From the NCBI GenBank assembly GCA_001662655.1, contig KV460266.1: a stretch of DNA of 64,000 nucleotides; one strand, written 5' to 3'. A program made the translations under genes and the position numbers. Positions 11,960 to 22,922 of the stretch are shown here, piece by piece; the first letter of the stretch is position 1; each line of letters begins with the position of its first letter. This stretch comes from Pseudogymnoascus verrucosus (taxonomy: Eukaryota). A model generated the notes under the pieces. That model did not search any database and was not told the DNA's origin. It saw only the letters and a program-made list of their open reading frames with translations.

Positions 11960-13887
11960 ATGTCGACAAACGCCGCCAACGCTCTTCTCGCGGAATCAAG
12001 AGCACTCTCAAAGTACGTTGCCGGAGAGAACTAGCCTTAGGACATTATATAGATTGCTTGTGAATAGCACTAACTATAAGCAGGGATGATGCCAGCTCAC
12101 TGAAACTCAGCGATGGACACACGCAAGCAATCGGCTTGGAACAGTCCCCGTCAACGTTTTGCTCAGCCCTGCAATTTCAAAGCGCCAGATCCCTTCCAAC
12201 CCGAGGCGAGCCTCGATGCTCTGTGGAATTTACATCCAGCGATGACCCCTCCCAGGGGATGATTAGTCAACTAGTGGCATGCCCGACAACTCAGGAAGAG
12301 GTAATAGCTGAAGTCGATCGAACATATGACATGATAGTGATTATGGAGAAGAAGTGTGTCGAAGTGCATTTACACCAAGCTCAACTCGCAGAGGAAGCCC
12401 TACCTGGGGTGCAACCCGAGTTGAATACAGAGCAATATCAGACCTTCCTCGACATGCATAAGACTCTGCTTAACGAACAGTACGAGTTTCTCCTTACATC
12501 TCAGCATCCTTCTGCTACGCCTGAAGTGCGACGCCTGCCACTCGAGCGTAGTATGCCTACAAGGCTATATCGCTACGCTATTCATGATTTTCTGGAGCTC
12601 CTCCGCAATAGACTTCCCGCGTCCCACGACTACTTGCTTACCTTTATACACTTTGCCTATCCGATGATGACCCTTCTCCTCGAGACTGTCCCAGCGTTTG
12701 AGAGTATGTGGTTTGAATGCCTTGGCGATCTAAGCAGGTACAGGTTAGGCATAGAGCGCCACGACCCTAGTAGCAGCATCGTTTGGGCCGAGATCGCACG
12801 CCAGTGGTATCTGAAGTCAGCTAACTATGCTCCTGCAATCGGACGCCTATACTACCACCTCGGAAGTATGGGCCGGCCAGACCCACTCCTACAACTTTTT
12901 TATGCCGGAAAGACTCTTGCAGTCCCTAATCCCTTTACGGCAGCACGAATGTTAATCACAGGGGTATTTGAGGCAAATCTAAACACAGTAGCAAGCAAGA
13001 TCTCCCTCTCTGCAGCTATTGCTGCCATTGTGCGCGCCCATGCAATCATCTTCACAGGACACTCCCTTAATACTTTTGACGAGTCTCTTAGGGAGATAAA
13101 GAGCAATCTCGACAGGCACATTACACGCAGCACCAAGGAATATCTACAACAAGGGTATTGCATTGCTATTAGCAATTGCATCGCCCTCCTCGGCTACGGT
13201 GCAGATAACAACCCCCTTGCTGTCCTCCTCAAGCCGCAATTCTCCAACCAAGACACCATCATGGCTCACGCCAACTCCACCACAAAATCTCCATCTACAT
13301 CTACTCTTCCTCCTACCTTCGCCGCCGCTCTCCGCCTGTTCGCCCAAACCGCCGAAATCCACCTCCTCCGCATAGACGACAAAAACACGCTCTCCTTCCT
13401 GCACGTCACCCTCGTCTTCATCCGCCACGTCGCTGGCTACTCTGCCGCTGCTACCTTCCTCTTCCCATCCTTTCCCTGGCGCCACATTGTGTACGCCCTT
13501 AACGGCACAGCCGTCCGCCAACCCCCTAAGCCCTCCACCAACAAACCCCCCAACCTCGCAAGCGCGAGGGACCAGGCTCGCCCGCTTCAAGAGGAGTGGG
13601 CTATGCGCGGTCTCTCCTTTGCAGAAGGGCATTTCCCGGAAGAGCTGTTCACGAACAAGAATGTAGATCTAGAGACTCACTACCCCGAGGCAGAAAGCAT
13701 GCGCTCCCTGGAGCGGCTCGAGCGTGTACACAAGCTCGGCGTGCAGATTGCGGAGTTAGCGGGGGAGTGGATGAGTTATGGAGGCACAGAGGGGAAATAC
13801 GCATTTTGTTGGAGAGAAAGGCAAGAAGTTTGCGGACGACGAGGAGGAGAGAGAGAGCGGAAGCGAAGAAGGAGTCTTCTGGAATGA
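11960..13887 (+). CDS. Est1/SMG-like DNA/RNA-binding TPR-domain protein
   Basis: ATG 11960, intron 12013-12110. Motifs MEKKCVEV, SQHPSA, FLELLRNRLP, LLETVPAFESMWFECLGDLSRYR and P.IGRLYYHL match the fungal Est1 DNA/RNA-binding family. Confidence 0.8.
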
Positions 13888-14234
13888 TGAGGAGTAGAGG
13901 TTAAAGAGGTCGTTTTATCGTAGAATTGCAACTCTTTATCTTCGTGCCTTATTAGCCCTATAAATTGGCATATCGACATGCATCTATATCCTAATGAGGC
14001 CGTTTAACTTCAGTAGTTGAGAAGACACTACTTGATAATACTACCTCGAGACTAGCCCGATCGTCAGCTTTAGTGTTGTTTGCTTAGTCCTTCCTTTTGC
14101 TGGATTAAAAACACAGAATGCGGTTTTTTGAGAGGCCTAAGGCAGATATCTGAATCATGACGCTGTCTTCATTGAGTAGGTCTCTGAGGGGTCTCTATCC
14201 TAATATCCCATAGCCTACATATCTCTACTCTGAT

Positions 14235-15617
14235 TCAGCCTGTAAATGACGGATCCACAGCTTCAAATGAGCGCATAACGGCCATTGTTATTACTGGGTA
14301 GCCCATAATAACATCATGTAAGCCAGTCTTGAGAATTTCCTCCCGAATAACACCGTTTTCTGCCCGCCATTCCATGACTGACCCTGCAGCGCCTAGATCT
14401 ACCTTAGATTCCAATTTTCTTGCTTTGAGATCGTCGTAGCTTATTCCTGCATACACTGAAGCGTTGACAGCATGCCAAAAGATAGTGGGGGTGTGATGCC
14501 ATGGAATATCATAATCGTCCTCGGCATGTATGATCGTTAGGCGATACATCTCTCCATTAACTTCATTAGCTTGGACGTATTGTGCAATGTTGTCTTTGCT
14601 CAACCATTTATCCTGTATAAAGCGTAGAAGGTAGTTGAACAGCAGCGGGAGCTTCGCAAGCGGCGCCAGGAGAGGAATAGTTCCTGCAACTCGGTAGCTC
14701 GCGACAAGTGTTGCGACATCAACAAATGGTGCAACTAGGATGGTGCCTGCAAAGACGACGGGTGGACTTTGGAGAGCAAGGTGCTTAGACACAGCGATGC
14801 TCACAGCCGTGCCCATAGATTGAGCAAAGATGAGAATACGGGAGGAAGGGATGCTGGCGACGTTCATGGCCCAGTCCGCAACGGCAAGGGCATCCATTAT
14901 AAGTCCGCTCTCGCACGGTGTGCCAGTGCTACGCCCAAATCCTCGATAGTCAAATGTCAAGACATGAATCTTTCCAGGCTGGCCTGCCGACAGTGCGTGA
15001 TAGTTAGGAACTCTATAGCCTGAGCCCACGGTTCCCCCAGCACCATGCATGTGAATAATTAGTCGAGCATCAGGATTATCGCGCAAAAGTTGGAAAGCTA
15101 GTCGAGACGTGATATCGGAAACGAAACCAGTTGGTTCAGCAACAAGAGGAAGCTCGTTTTTGCGATACAACTCTCTGGGAAGAATATGCCAGGCGTAAAG
15201 ATGTTCACCATCGGATGTCTTAATTGAGAAAGGCGTAACCTGGTTCTTTAGAAAGCCAAAGGTCTCAGGGACATCGAGATCCTTGCACCACGTCATCTGA
15301 ATTGCATGTAGGTAAACAACATGGGATTGAAAGGTCGACGTCGTCAGCAGTCCCAGTAGTGCCGTATACAGCCCAGTCGCAACTGCTACCGAAATGAAGG
15401 CATATTTCGCCGCCGTCATGATTGGCAGAGGTGAGGTGCAAGAAGTGTTGGTGCTGTTGAGGCTGTTAACCGCTGTGGAAGATCGTGCCATAGCTGGCTC
15501 CTCAAGGGCTTTCTTCCGCCCATACAGAAGTGATGCTGGAGCGGATCTTGGTGAATGGGGGTCTCGTTGCTGCTCCCAGTTGCTGTTTGTAGTACAACTT
15601 TCATAGGTTTGAGACAT
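14235..15617 (-). CDS. Alpha/beta hydrolase (ABHD12-like) with an unrelated N-terminal 40 aa
   Basis: HMHGAGG, FDYRGFGRSTG, AQSMGTAV nucleophile elbow, IIHAEDDYDIP and GLHD, plus an N-terminal TM helix. The first 40 aa match ORFs 37227 and 41959. Confidence 0.85.
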   Translation of the reverse strand: MSQTYESCTTNSNWEQQRDPHSPRSAPASLLYGRKKALEEPAMARSSTAVNSLNSTNTSCTSPLPIMTAAKYAFISVAVATGLYTALLGLLTTSTFQSHVVYLHAIQMTWCKDLDVPETFGFLKNQVTPFSIKTSDGEHLYAWHILPRELYRKNELPLVAEPTGFVSDITSRLAFQLLRDNPDARLIIHMHGAGGTVGSGYRVPNYHALSAGQPGKIHVLTFDYRGFGRSTGTPCESGLIMDALAVADWAMNVASIPSSRILIFAQSMGTAVSIAVSKHLALQSPPVVFAGTILVAPFVDVATLVASYRVAGTIPLLAPLAKLPLLFNYLLRFIQDKWLSKDNIAQYVQANEVNGEMYRLTIIHAEDDYDIPWHHTPTIFWHAVNASVYAGISYDDLKARKLESKVDLGAAGSVMEWRAENGVIREEILKTGLHDVIMGYPVITMAVMRSFEAVDPSFTG

Positions 15618-15709
15618 GTTTGCGGCCTCTCAAGGTGCGGAAGAAGCTTATGGTAATTGATAGAACTACAAATAGGAAGATTGAAGACGTGAATAGTGCT
15701 CTAGTGACG

Positions 15710-15810
15710 GTGGCCAGGGCATCGTTGGCCAGAGTTTCCAAATGAGGACAAGTGCACTTTGAGCCCATGGCTGCAGGGGGTCAGTGAGAAAACGGTGATG
15801 CAGGGACGGT
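15710..15810 (+). repeat. Family B dispersed element copy
   Basis: CGTTGGCCAGAGTTTCCAAATGAGGACAAGTGCACTTTGAGCCCATGGCTGCAGGGGGTCAG; homologous to copies near 33520, 35325, 37100 (reverse complement) and 42590. Confidence 0.85.
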
Positions 15811-16448
15811 CAACCTATAGGATGTTGTTGTTCTATCCCAATTAGGAATCTCTACTATTCATTCATTCCTGTAGATCCTCTAACCTGGCCAAAGGTTGAC
15901 TGGGCATGGTGGGTAGGATTCGCTGATATAGCCCGTACGACTACACTGTGGCAGACAAATGACAAGAAAAACCGGGCTGATCTCGAGATCGTATTGATGA
16001 GCGTGCAGTTCTTTCAAACGGAATCGGAAGAGGCGAAGGAGGCATTGAAAGAGCTTGATAACGGTTTGCTTGAGGAGTGATCAAGAGGTTGGATCGGAGG
16101 AGGCGTAGCCAGGAGGAGAGGAGAATAATGAGTTTCTATGAGTGAGGCATTTCGGTTGTTGCGGGGATGCTGGATTTTGGAATGGCACCACTGCAGGTCT
16201 TTTCATGTATTCGTACTAAACTGTGGATGTCTGCAAATACTTGATTGGAGGCTTCGACCCATTGATGTTCCTAGACAGCAAGATTGAGCGTTGCGTGAAG
16301 CACTTCAGCCAGGTCGTCGTTAAGTTTCTTCGTTCTTTCAAAATGCTTCGCTTCAAGGAAGCTGCACACCGTAATTAAAGGATGCAAAAGCCAACAAATA
16401 TCCCTTCTAGGTCTTCTACTATCTCCATACAAACAAACACTCAGCCTC

Positions 16449-17534
16449 TCAACGCGCATCCCGAGCCTTACAATGTAAAATATTTTCTCCAACAACCAAA
16501 AACACCTCATACCACCCCTCCCACCCTTCCCACCCCTCCCACCCCTCCCACCCTTTTAATCTAGCAAGCTGTCTCAGCAACACACTCTGTAAGCTGCGAT
16601 GCACCGGCCTAGTCCTCTTCTCATACTCTTTCAGCCCCTCCACCCCCTCATCGAGCATTTCCTTAACCCACCTCGTCTCCTTCTCCGATTTAGTGACGCT
16701 GCACCATAAAAAGTACGGCCCATGCGCCAGCACCAGTTCGCGATATATGAACTGGCGCTTTTCGAGATCGTCCTCCGCACTCGACTCTCCTAGTATCCCA
16801 TGGCTGTTGTCTTCACAACCGCCCGCGCCCCAAGTCGACCTGTCGCCGTAGTCGAACATCATGCTAGCGACCCAGACAAGGGCAAGCGTGCTCGCGATTG
16901 CAAGCGCATCTTGCTCGCATATCCAGAATTCTTGGCCACGCTGTGCGTCATCGATGCTGCCGGCGATGCGCGCGTCAGAGAGACTGAGGAGCATCTTCAG
17001 GCCGTGGCTCTTGAAGGCGTCGATGCCAGACAGACCGCACGAGGCGCAGCTGCGCGTAGAGGTTTCCAAGAGGGAGAGCAGGAGGCTTGGGATAGTGATG
17101 CCGAGGAGCGGGGAATTAGAGAGGTCGCGGAGGATTTTGTTACGCTTTTCCTGCTCGGCCATCCAGGGAAAGGTGTATGGACGGATGATAGAAGGGAGGC
17201 AGCCTAAGAGAGTGCGTTTTGGTTCTAAGGGGATGGTCGATGGGCGGGTGAAGATGGGGATTGAGGAGGCGAGGATAGGATCCATGGAAGTTGGGTAGAG
17301 ATGAGACGTGAACTGTTGACAGAGGTGCTCTTCGTGGGTCTTCAGGACTAATCTTATTGTCTGTAACGAATAGATTAGCAAGATAGAAGAAGGTAGGGGG
17401 TGAAGTGCGGCATTTACCTTAGAGCTCCTAAGCAAACTCCTGATATCCCCTGGCTCGCAGCCTAGTTGCATCAGTATCTTAAGGATAATCTCGACAGGTA
17501 GCTGCTCTAGCCCATGTGGATCTAGTGATGCCAT
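16449..17534 (-). CDS. F-box-like protein, paralog of 35800-36932
   Basis: LEQLPVEIILKILMQL at the N-terminus, with a probable in-frame intron after RSSK. Ends in a GWEGWE repeat. Confidence 0.7.
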   Translation of the reverse strand: MASLDPHGLEQLPVEIILKILMQLGCEPGDIRSLLRSSKVNAALHPLPSSILLIYSLQTIRLVLKTHEEHLCQQFTSHLYPTSMDPILASSIPIFTRPSTIPLEPKRTLLGCLPSIIRPYTFPWMAEQEKRNKILRDLSNSPLLGITIPSLLLSLLETSTRSCASCGLSGIDAFKSHGLKMLLSLSDARIAGSIDDAQRGQEFWICEQDALAIASTLALVWVASMMFDYGDRSTWGAGGCEDNSHGILGESSAEDDLEKRQFIYRELVLAHGPYFLWCSVTKSEKETRWVKEMLDEGVEGLKEYEKRTRPVHRSLQSVLLRQLARLKGWEGWEGWEGWEGWYEVFLVVGENILHCKARDAR

Positions 17535-17788
17535 CCTCAGAATATCGACAGAGCTGTGTACAGGTCGGGACTATGAAAGTACTATCTTGTCACCGGGTGT
17601 GTCTCTCTGTAAATAGACGCTCCTGTTGTTCAGTTAAAGTAAAGTTCCGCTTCACCTATCACAATGACTTCGCGAAGACCAGAGAGTTGTCTAAAACAAT
17701 CCTGCCTCGAAGTGTTATAGTCGTGCCTCGAAGTGTTATTTGGTGTAACACTCCTTGTGAAAGAAAGTCGATTCTGTGATGACGAAAG

Positions 17789-18430
17789 TTAGGCGTTGCA
17801 GTGTACTTGAACTAATTTTGATCTACTTAGGTTAGTTTTAGGTAATGAAAGAGAGAATATCTTCTTACATGATCTTGCTTCTAACTGTCTCTCTCTCCTC
17901 TCCTGCTCTTCTATTCTTCTCTGCGTAATGCTGCGTTCTGGAAATAGATCGTCTCGTTGTCCGGCCCAATAAACGTCCTCTTCGCCTATCATTATGATTT
18001 GGCGCATACCAGTGAGCTGTCTAAAAGAATCGTCCCTCGCAGTGTTATTTTGTTTAACATTCTTTGTAAAAGCAAGTCGAGCAATGAGAGCCGGATCTGC
18101 AATAAAGTTGGAAATGTTCTGCAATTCCCTCTCTGTGAGGATGAACGAGTCCCAGCTTCGATTAATGTAGATTGTGTGCCACCCTGGTATACCGGGGATT
18201 TGCAAAGAAGAGCGTTTTAGTACGCTACTTGCCACAAAGCGTGAAAAGCGACATACATGTAGAGCTGCCGGCACTAAGAAAGCGACGATATTGCCATCCC
18301 ACCACTCTCGAAAGCAGGTATAGCCACTAATCATCCGTGGCTTTGATATGGTAAATATCCATATCATATGCTGTAGCTCAAATGGCAACTTCGTAAACGA
18401 ATCAAAGCTAGAACACATTTCTAGTGGCAT
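17789..18430 (-). CDS. 2EXR-family domain protein
   Basis: FTKLPFELQHMIW...PR....VPAALHVCRFSR is the 2EXR signature. Confidence 0.75.
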   Translation of the reverse strand: MPLEMCSSFDSFTKLPFELQHMIWIFTISKPRMISGYTCFREWWDGNIVAFLVPAALHVCRFSRFVASSVLKRSSLQIPGIPGWHTIYINRSWDSFILTERELQNISNFIADPALIARLAFTKNVKQNNTARDDSFRQLTGMRQIIMIGEEDVYWAGQRDDLFPERSITQRRIEEQERRERQLEARSCKKIFSLSLPKTNLSRSKLVQVHCNA

Positions 18431-18468
18431 TGAAGGTATGGATTGTAATGTATACTGTTATTATATGT

Positions 18469-18655
18469 GAGTGTCCCAAGCTTGGATTCTTGGCGTGTCC
18501 CAAGCTTGGATTAGCATGTCCCAAGCTTGGATTCTTGGCGTGTCCCAAGCTTGGATTAGCGTGTCCCAAGCTTGGATTAGCGTGTCCCAAGCTTGGATTC
18601 TTGGCGTGTCCTAAGCTTGGCTTAGCGTGTCCCAAGCTTGGATTCTTGGCGTCTT
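18469..18655. repeat. Tandem array of 21/24-bp units built on the palindrome CCAAGCTTGG
   Basis: About 8 copies of GCGTGTCCCAAGCTTGGATT(A/CTTG). Related units occur at 35558-35715. Confidence 0.95.
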
Positions 18656-18752
18656 AGGCTACAACTTTCTCAAATCTAATGATTTTCGCGCAAGCTCTTT
18701 ATAGTCCTAGAAATATTAAACAATTGTGCACCTAACACCGTTATTAGTCTAC

Positions 18753-19427
18753 ATGTCTTCGATGGAAATGGACGACAACAATTCGTATGCTCCCGGAGGG
18801 GTTGATAAAATCGTCCTATTCCCCCATGGAAAAAAACTGTTCCGGCAGCAAGATTGGCCCTGCGGCAACTTTCTTCAAAGCCTCAACGAGGAACATCATA
18901 ATGTTCAGTCCTTTATACGCTTCGAACGAGACCAGCATTCTCCGTTATCTGTTCAGCAGCTTGTCCTTAGTTGTTGGATAGACGAATGGGAGGAAATAGA
19001 TATAAACGCTCTTGGAAATGACTCTCTTGCTGTATGGTGTCTGCTGAACTCTAACCAGCCGGAAGATGTCCAACTTGAGAAGGTCAAAGTACTGCTTCAA
19101 CGGGGTGAAATACATGTGGCGGTAGCAATATTGTTAGGCCTTAGATTAGTAAAGGAAGCAGTTGAGACCTATATGGTGAAAGGATACCTCTTTGACGCAC
19201 AGCTGCTCATCGAGCTGAAATTCTCAAATGGCGATGAATCATCAGAGGTTCCAATGGCACATTTGCTAGCAAGTCATCAGCAAAACGCACAGCAAGTGGC
19301 AAAGCCAGGCTTATACATCGACACGGATCTTCCTCTGAGAAAAGAGAGCCGCACACTCACCCCAATTACCAAGGGCTACAAGAAGCCGTGGGTGCCAAAG
19401 CGTCTCGAGACAATCGAGGAGAATTAA
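18753..19427 (+). CDS. Hypothetical protein with a helical/TPR-like segment
   Basis: Open ORF. LLQRGEIHVAVAILLGL...EAVETY...Y.FDA.LL resembles WD40-associated TPR solenoids. Confidence 0.5.
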   Translation: MSSMEMDDNNSYAPGGVDKIVLFPHGKKLFRQQDWPCGNFLQSLNEEHHNVQSFIRFERDQHSPLSVQQLVLSCWIDEWEEIDINALGNDSLAVWCLLNSNQPEDVQLEKVKVLLQRGEIHVAVAILLGLRLVKEAVETYMVKGYLFDAQLLIELKFSNGDESSEVPMAHLLASHQQNAQQVAKPGLYIDTDLPLRKESRTLTPITKGYKKPWVPKRLETIEEN

Positions 19428-19706
19428 GGGCGGTAACGACTGTTATTAATTATATCTACCATGATACTCTTTTTTAAAACAATAACTATTGTACTGTAAT
19501 GACTGTAACTATAGCAACTGTGATGCTATGCGTGTTGCCATACTTTGCCTCTCTCCTATTTCTTCTTTTGCTTCATCATTTTCTTAAGTTGAGCCATTGC
19601 CTTTGCGATATCTTCGTTGGTATATTCTACCGCCTCATCATCAACGATAAACTCGACCCTGTTATTACTGTTAGTATTTCAGCTGCCTGTTTATTTGTCG
19701 AAGGCC

Positions 19707-22180
19707 TTACATTGAGCCGGAATCGCCTTCATCCTCACTCCGTACAGAGCCATCAGCTATGGCATCGCCTTCTTCTTCCTCTTCACCATCAGTTTCCGGA
19801 AAAGTGGTCTTTCTCTTTGGATGCGCGCTTTTCAGGGGTGTTTTCTTTTGATACTTCCTTGTTCTTGTCATTCTAGCCTCCTCTTTAGTAGCCTTCTTGC
19901 GACGTGGTTGGGCATCTTCTGCCTGAAGTTGAGCTTCAAGTTCTTTCTTAGATAGCCGAAAAACGCGCTCCGTGGGTGCCTTGGGGGCTTTTTGCCCAGA
20001 TTCTATCATGTACTGATTGATCTTTGCCCGAACGGCGTTTTCGCCGAACGCCTTCGAGAGATTACTTTCACTAGCCCACATGAAAGCAGTTCCAGGAAAT
20101 TTGACGTTAACTAAGCTGACAGCCTGGATCTTGTACATTTTTTCATCTTTGCGGCGTGGAGACATAACACCGCCGACTAATACTTGTCTCCAAGGTCGAT
20201 CTTTTAGGTCTTTGGGGGTGACAGTTTTAATCTGTTTACCCTGATGCATCGCCTGGAACTCTTGGAGAGCGCCGGCAAAACTTCTGGCGGGAACGAGCTC
20301 AAAAATAAAACGGTTCTTAAAATCTGGATTAGTTCCATGACTTTTGAGGACCAGCTGGTAGCCGCTCCCGCACGAGCGAATGTTAGCGACTCTCTTCTGT
20401 CGCAAAATCCCATCTTCCACCTCCTCAACCACCCCTGGTATAGAGACAGATACAATGCACTGTTCATCTGTGTCTTCTGCCGGAGGAGCCTCGGTCTCTG
20501 CAGCGTTTTGAGCAGGCGGTGGAGNNNNNNNNNNNNNNNNNNNNNNNNNNNNNNNNNNNNNNNNNNNNNNNNNNNNNNNNNNNNNNNNNNNNNNNNNNNN
20601 NNNNNNNNNNNNNNNNNNNNNNNNNNNNNNNNNNNNNNNNNNNNNNNNNNNNNNNGTGGAGCGTTTTGAGCAGGCGGTAGAGCGTTTTGAGCAGGTGGTG
20701 GACCAGATAAAGCAGGCGGGGGAGCTGCTTCTTTGGCGATAATCGACAAAATCTCATACACTGTTGGGAGAAAGGTATCATGAAACGTCTTTGGCCACTG
20801 GTGCTCTTGTATAAAAAGCCATGCAGCTTCCCTTAGACCTATGTACTGTGACATAATGTTTGGGTCGTTAGGGGTAGTCTTTAGCAAATTCTTGCATGTA
20901 ACAGCTTGCTGTACCATCTCAAAGAAGGGATTGAGTTGAGCGTCACCTATCGCATAGGTTGCTGGGTCGATCTTATTTGCTTCGCAGAATTTAGCTTGCT
21001 CGTTTGATAAAGCTAGAAGCTTTTGGTATGCTTCATTGTATGCTTCATTGCCTTCTACCCCATTTAGTTTAGCATCGATAAGGGTGAATAGGGGTCCATC
21101 GCGACCACCCATTCTAGAACGGATTTCATAGATCTCTTTTGGTAGTGGTTTCTTTTCAGACTGGCCGTTCTCACCATTTCCAGGCTCCTCAACATGCGGT
21201 TCATCATCCACACCTGACATAAGGGATGCGGTGTCAGAATCATCATCGTCCTCCTCTAGTCCAAAATCCGGTAGAGTATAATCGTCCTCTCCTTCAATAG
21301 GAACATATACCAAGCAAGAGACCTCTATTTTTTTCTCTGCCGACTTGTACTTTTGGTCGAGATTCTTCGTTTGCTTTTTGCTGACTTTTCCGTTTTGGCT
21401 CCTTCTCAACTCTTGCTCCTCGTTTTTTCGTTCTACCGCTAGGCGCTCTCTAAATACCGTCCGCACTAACATGTCAATATCGTCATTAATATTACTCAAC
21501 TCTTCAAGAATTCCAGTCTCAATAGATGAATCACGTGCGCCGCCTTCCGTGGCTTTCATATAATTGAGGTGGTAGTGCTGAAGTTCAGAGGCTTTGCGGT
21601 ATGGTTTTGCTAGTGAACTCTGTAATGCAGGAGTTGTAGTCACTATTGACTGGAAGTCATATTGGTCGTTGAGCTTTGGCTCTACTAACCCGTATGTATG
21701 AACTTGTCCAAGGAACTCATCTCGATCCGCGGCTAGATTTGTCGAAGCAATGGCGTTGTTAACCTCCTCTAGTTTAGCCACTTGCTCTTTGAACTGCAAA
21801 CGTAATTGTCTTGCGGAATCTGTAGGACCAGCAAGGAGCTCCTTAGGAGCTGTCTCAAATGCTTTAATATCTTTCTGTCTCTCTATTTCTCCCATTTCGA
21901 GTGATTGGAGTATTTTGGCTTGAGTTGCTTGGAAACCTCGGGCAGCTCCATATTGAATCGTCCAGAACTTGAGGCCCTCCTCGTTGGATTTCTCAATTTC
22001 AGATAAGTGAGATTTATCAAAGACATGTGGAATAGGCAGGCGCGACTGTGGCTTGGCGACATAGTTGTCTTCGATTTGAAGTTTGCCGGTTTGACCGCCA
22101 CTGGTCTGATTTCCTCCAGCTGGAGCTCCTCCACCCCCGGTGACTTGATCCGCCGGCGTAGCTACACTGATGGATTCCAT
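19707..22180 (-). CDS. Hypothetical coiled-coil protein spanning an assembly gap (ORFs 20204-22180 and 19707-20432 are probably one gene)
   Basis: PPAQNA repeats flank both sides of the N gap. Roughly aa 48-480 are homologous to an internal segment of the DUF3723 protein. Confidence 0.65.
20525..20655. other. Assembly gap inside a PPAQNA-coding tandem repeat
   Basis: Run of N with GCGTTTTGAGCAGGCGGT on both sides. Confidence 0.95.
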
Positions 22181-22477
22181 TTTTGCTTGATGTTTGCTTG
22201 ATAAAGATTGGCCAGCAATCTGTTCAATTTATGGTTGGAGATAGGTTATCGTAGTGATATGTTGCGTACGCGATGAGATCTTCTTGTGTTGCAGTAATTC
22301 AGCAGTTTTTGAAGACATCATCTGCCATTTTATACTTTCTAGCACAACGCGGATAACTGTATTCTGGATACTAATAACTGATATCAAGGTTCAAGTTTCC
22401 TTATTCAGAATACGGTCATTTGCGGGTCCCTTAAAAGGTCCCTTAAAGGCCCTAAAAATAGGTGGCCATTAACTACA

Positions 22478-22690
22478 CCTCGTTTCCATGAAGCCGTTGT
22501 CGTCATCGCGGACACAGGATTCAGGGTAATTGACCTCTGGCCCTCCGAACAAGAAGAAGGCAGTAGAGGTCAAAGCACCGAAGCCAGCCGACCATCTCCC
22601 GTTTCCACGAAGCCGCTGTCGTGATCGAAGATACAGGATGCAGGAACAGGGAAGCGGTAGGCTGACAACGGGGGACGGTTTTGGTGGTAT
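22478..22690 (-). repeat. Family A dispersed element copy plus a partial second unit
   Basis: GCCAGCCGACCATCTCCCGTTTCCACGAAGCCGCTGTCGTGATCGAAGATACAGGATGCAGGAACAGGGAAGCGG...AACGGGGGACGGTTTTGGTGG; partial unit at 22481-22520. Confidence 0.9.
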
Positions 22691-22922
22691 TAGAAGCGGA
22701 GTAAGGATAACGGCTATTAGAAATGCCGTACTTTAAATGAGAGAATTAGGTTGAATCTATGAAGCTATGTCTTCGTGTTCTAGTGCATGGAACTTTCTGT
22801 AAATATAGCTGCCATGGGCATCATCATAGAGAGCTTGGATGGATAGATCGAGCTCCCCTAAAATAGCTCGTATTGCCATGAAGGTCTAACTATGCCCTTT
22901 ACAATATGATGTCTTTCCTCTC

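Noticed and set aside
18408..18657. ORFs with PSLGHA / ACPKLG repeats
   Set aside because: Translations of the non-coding palindromic array.
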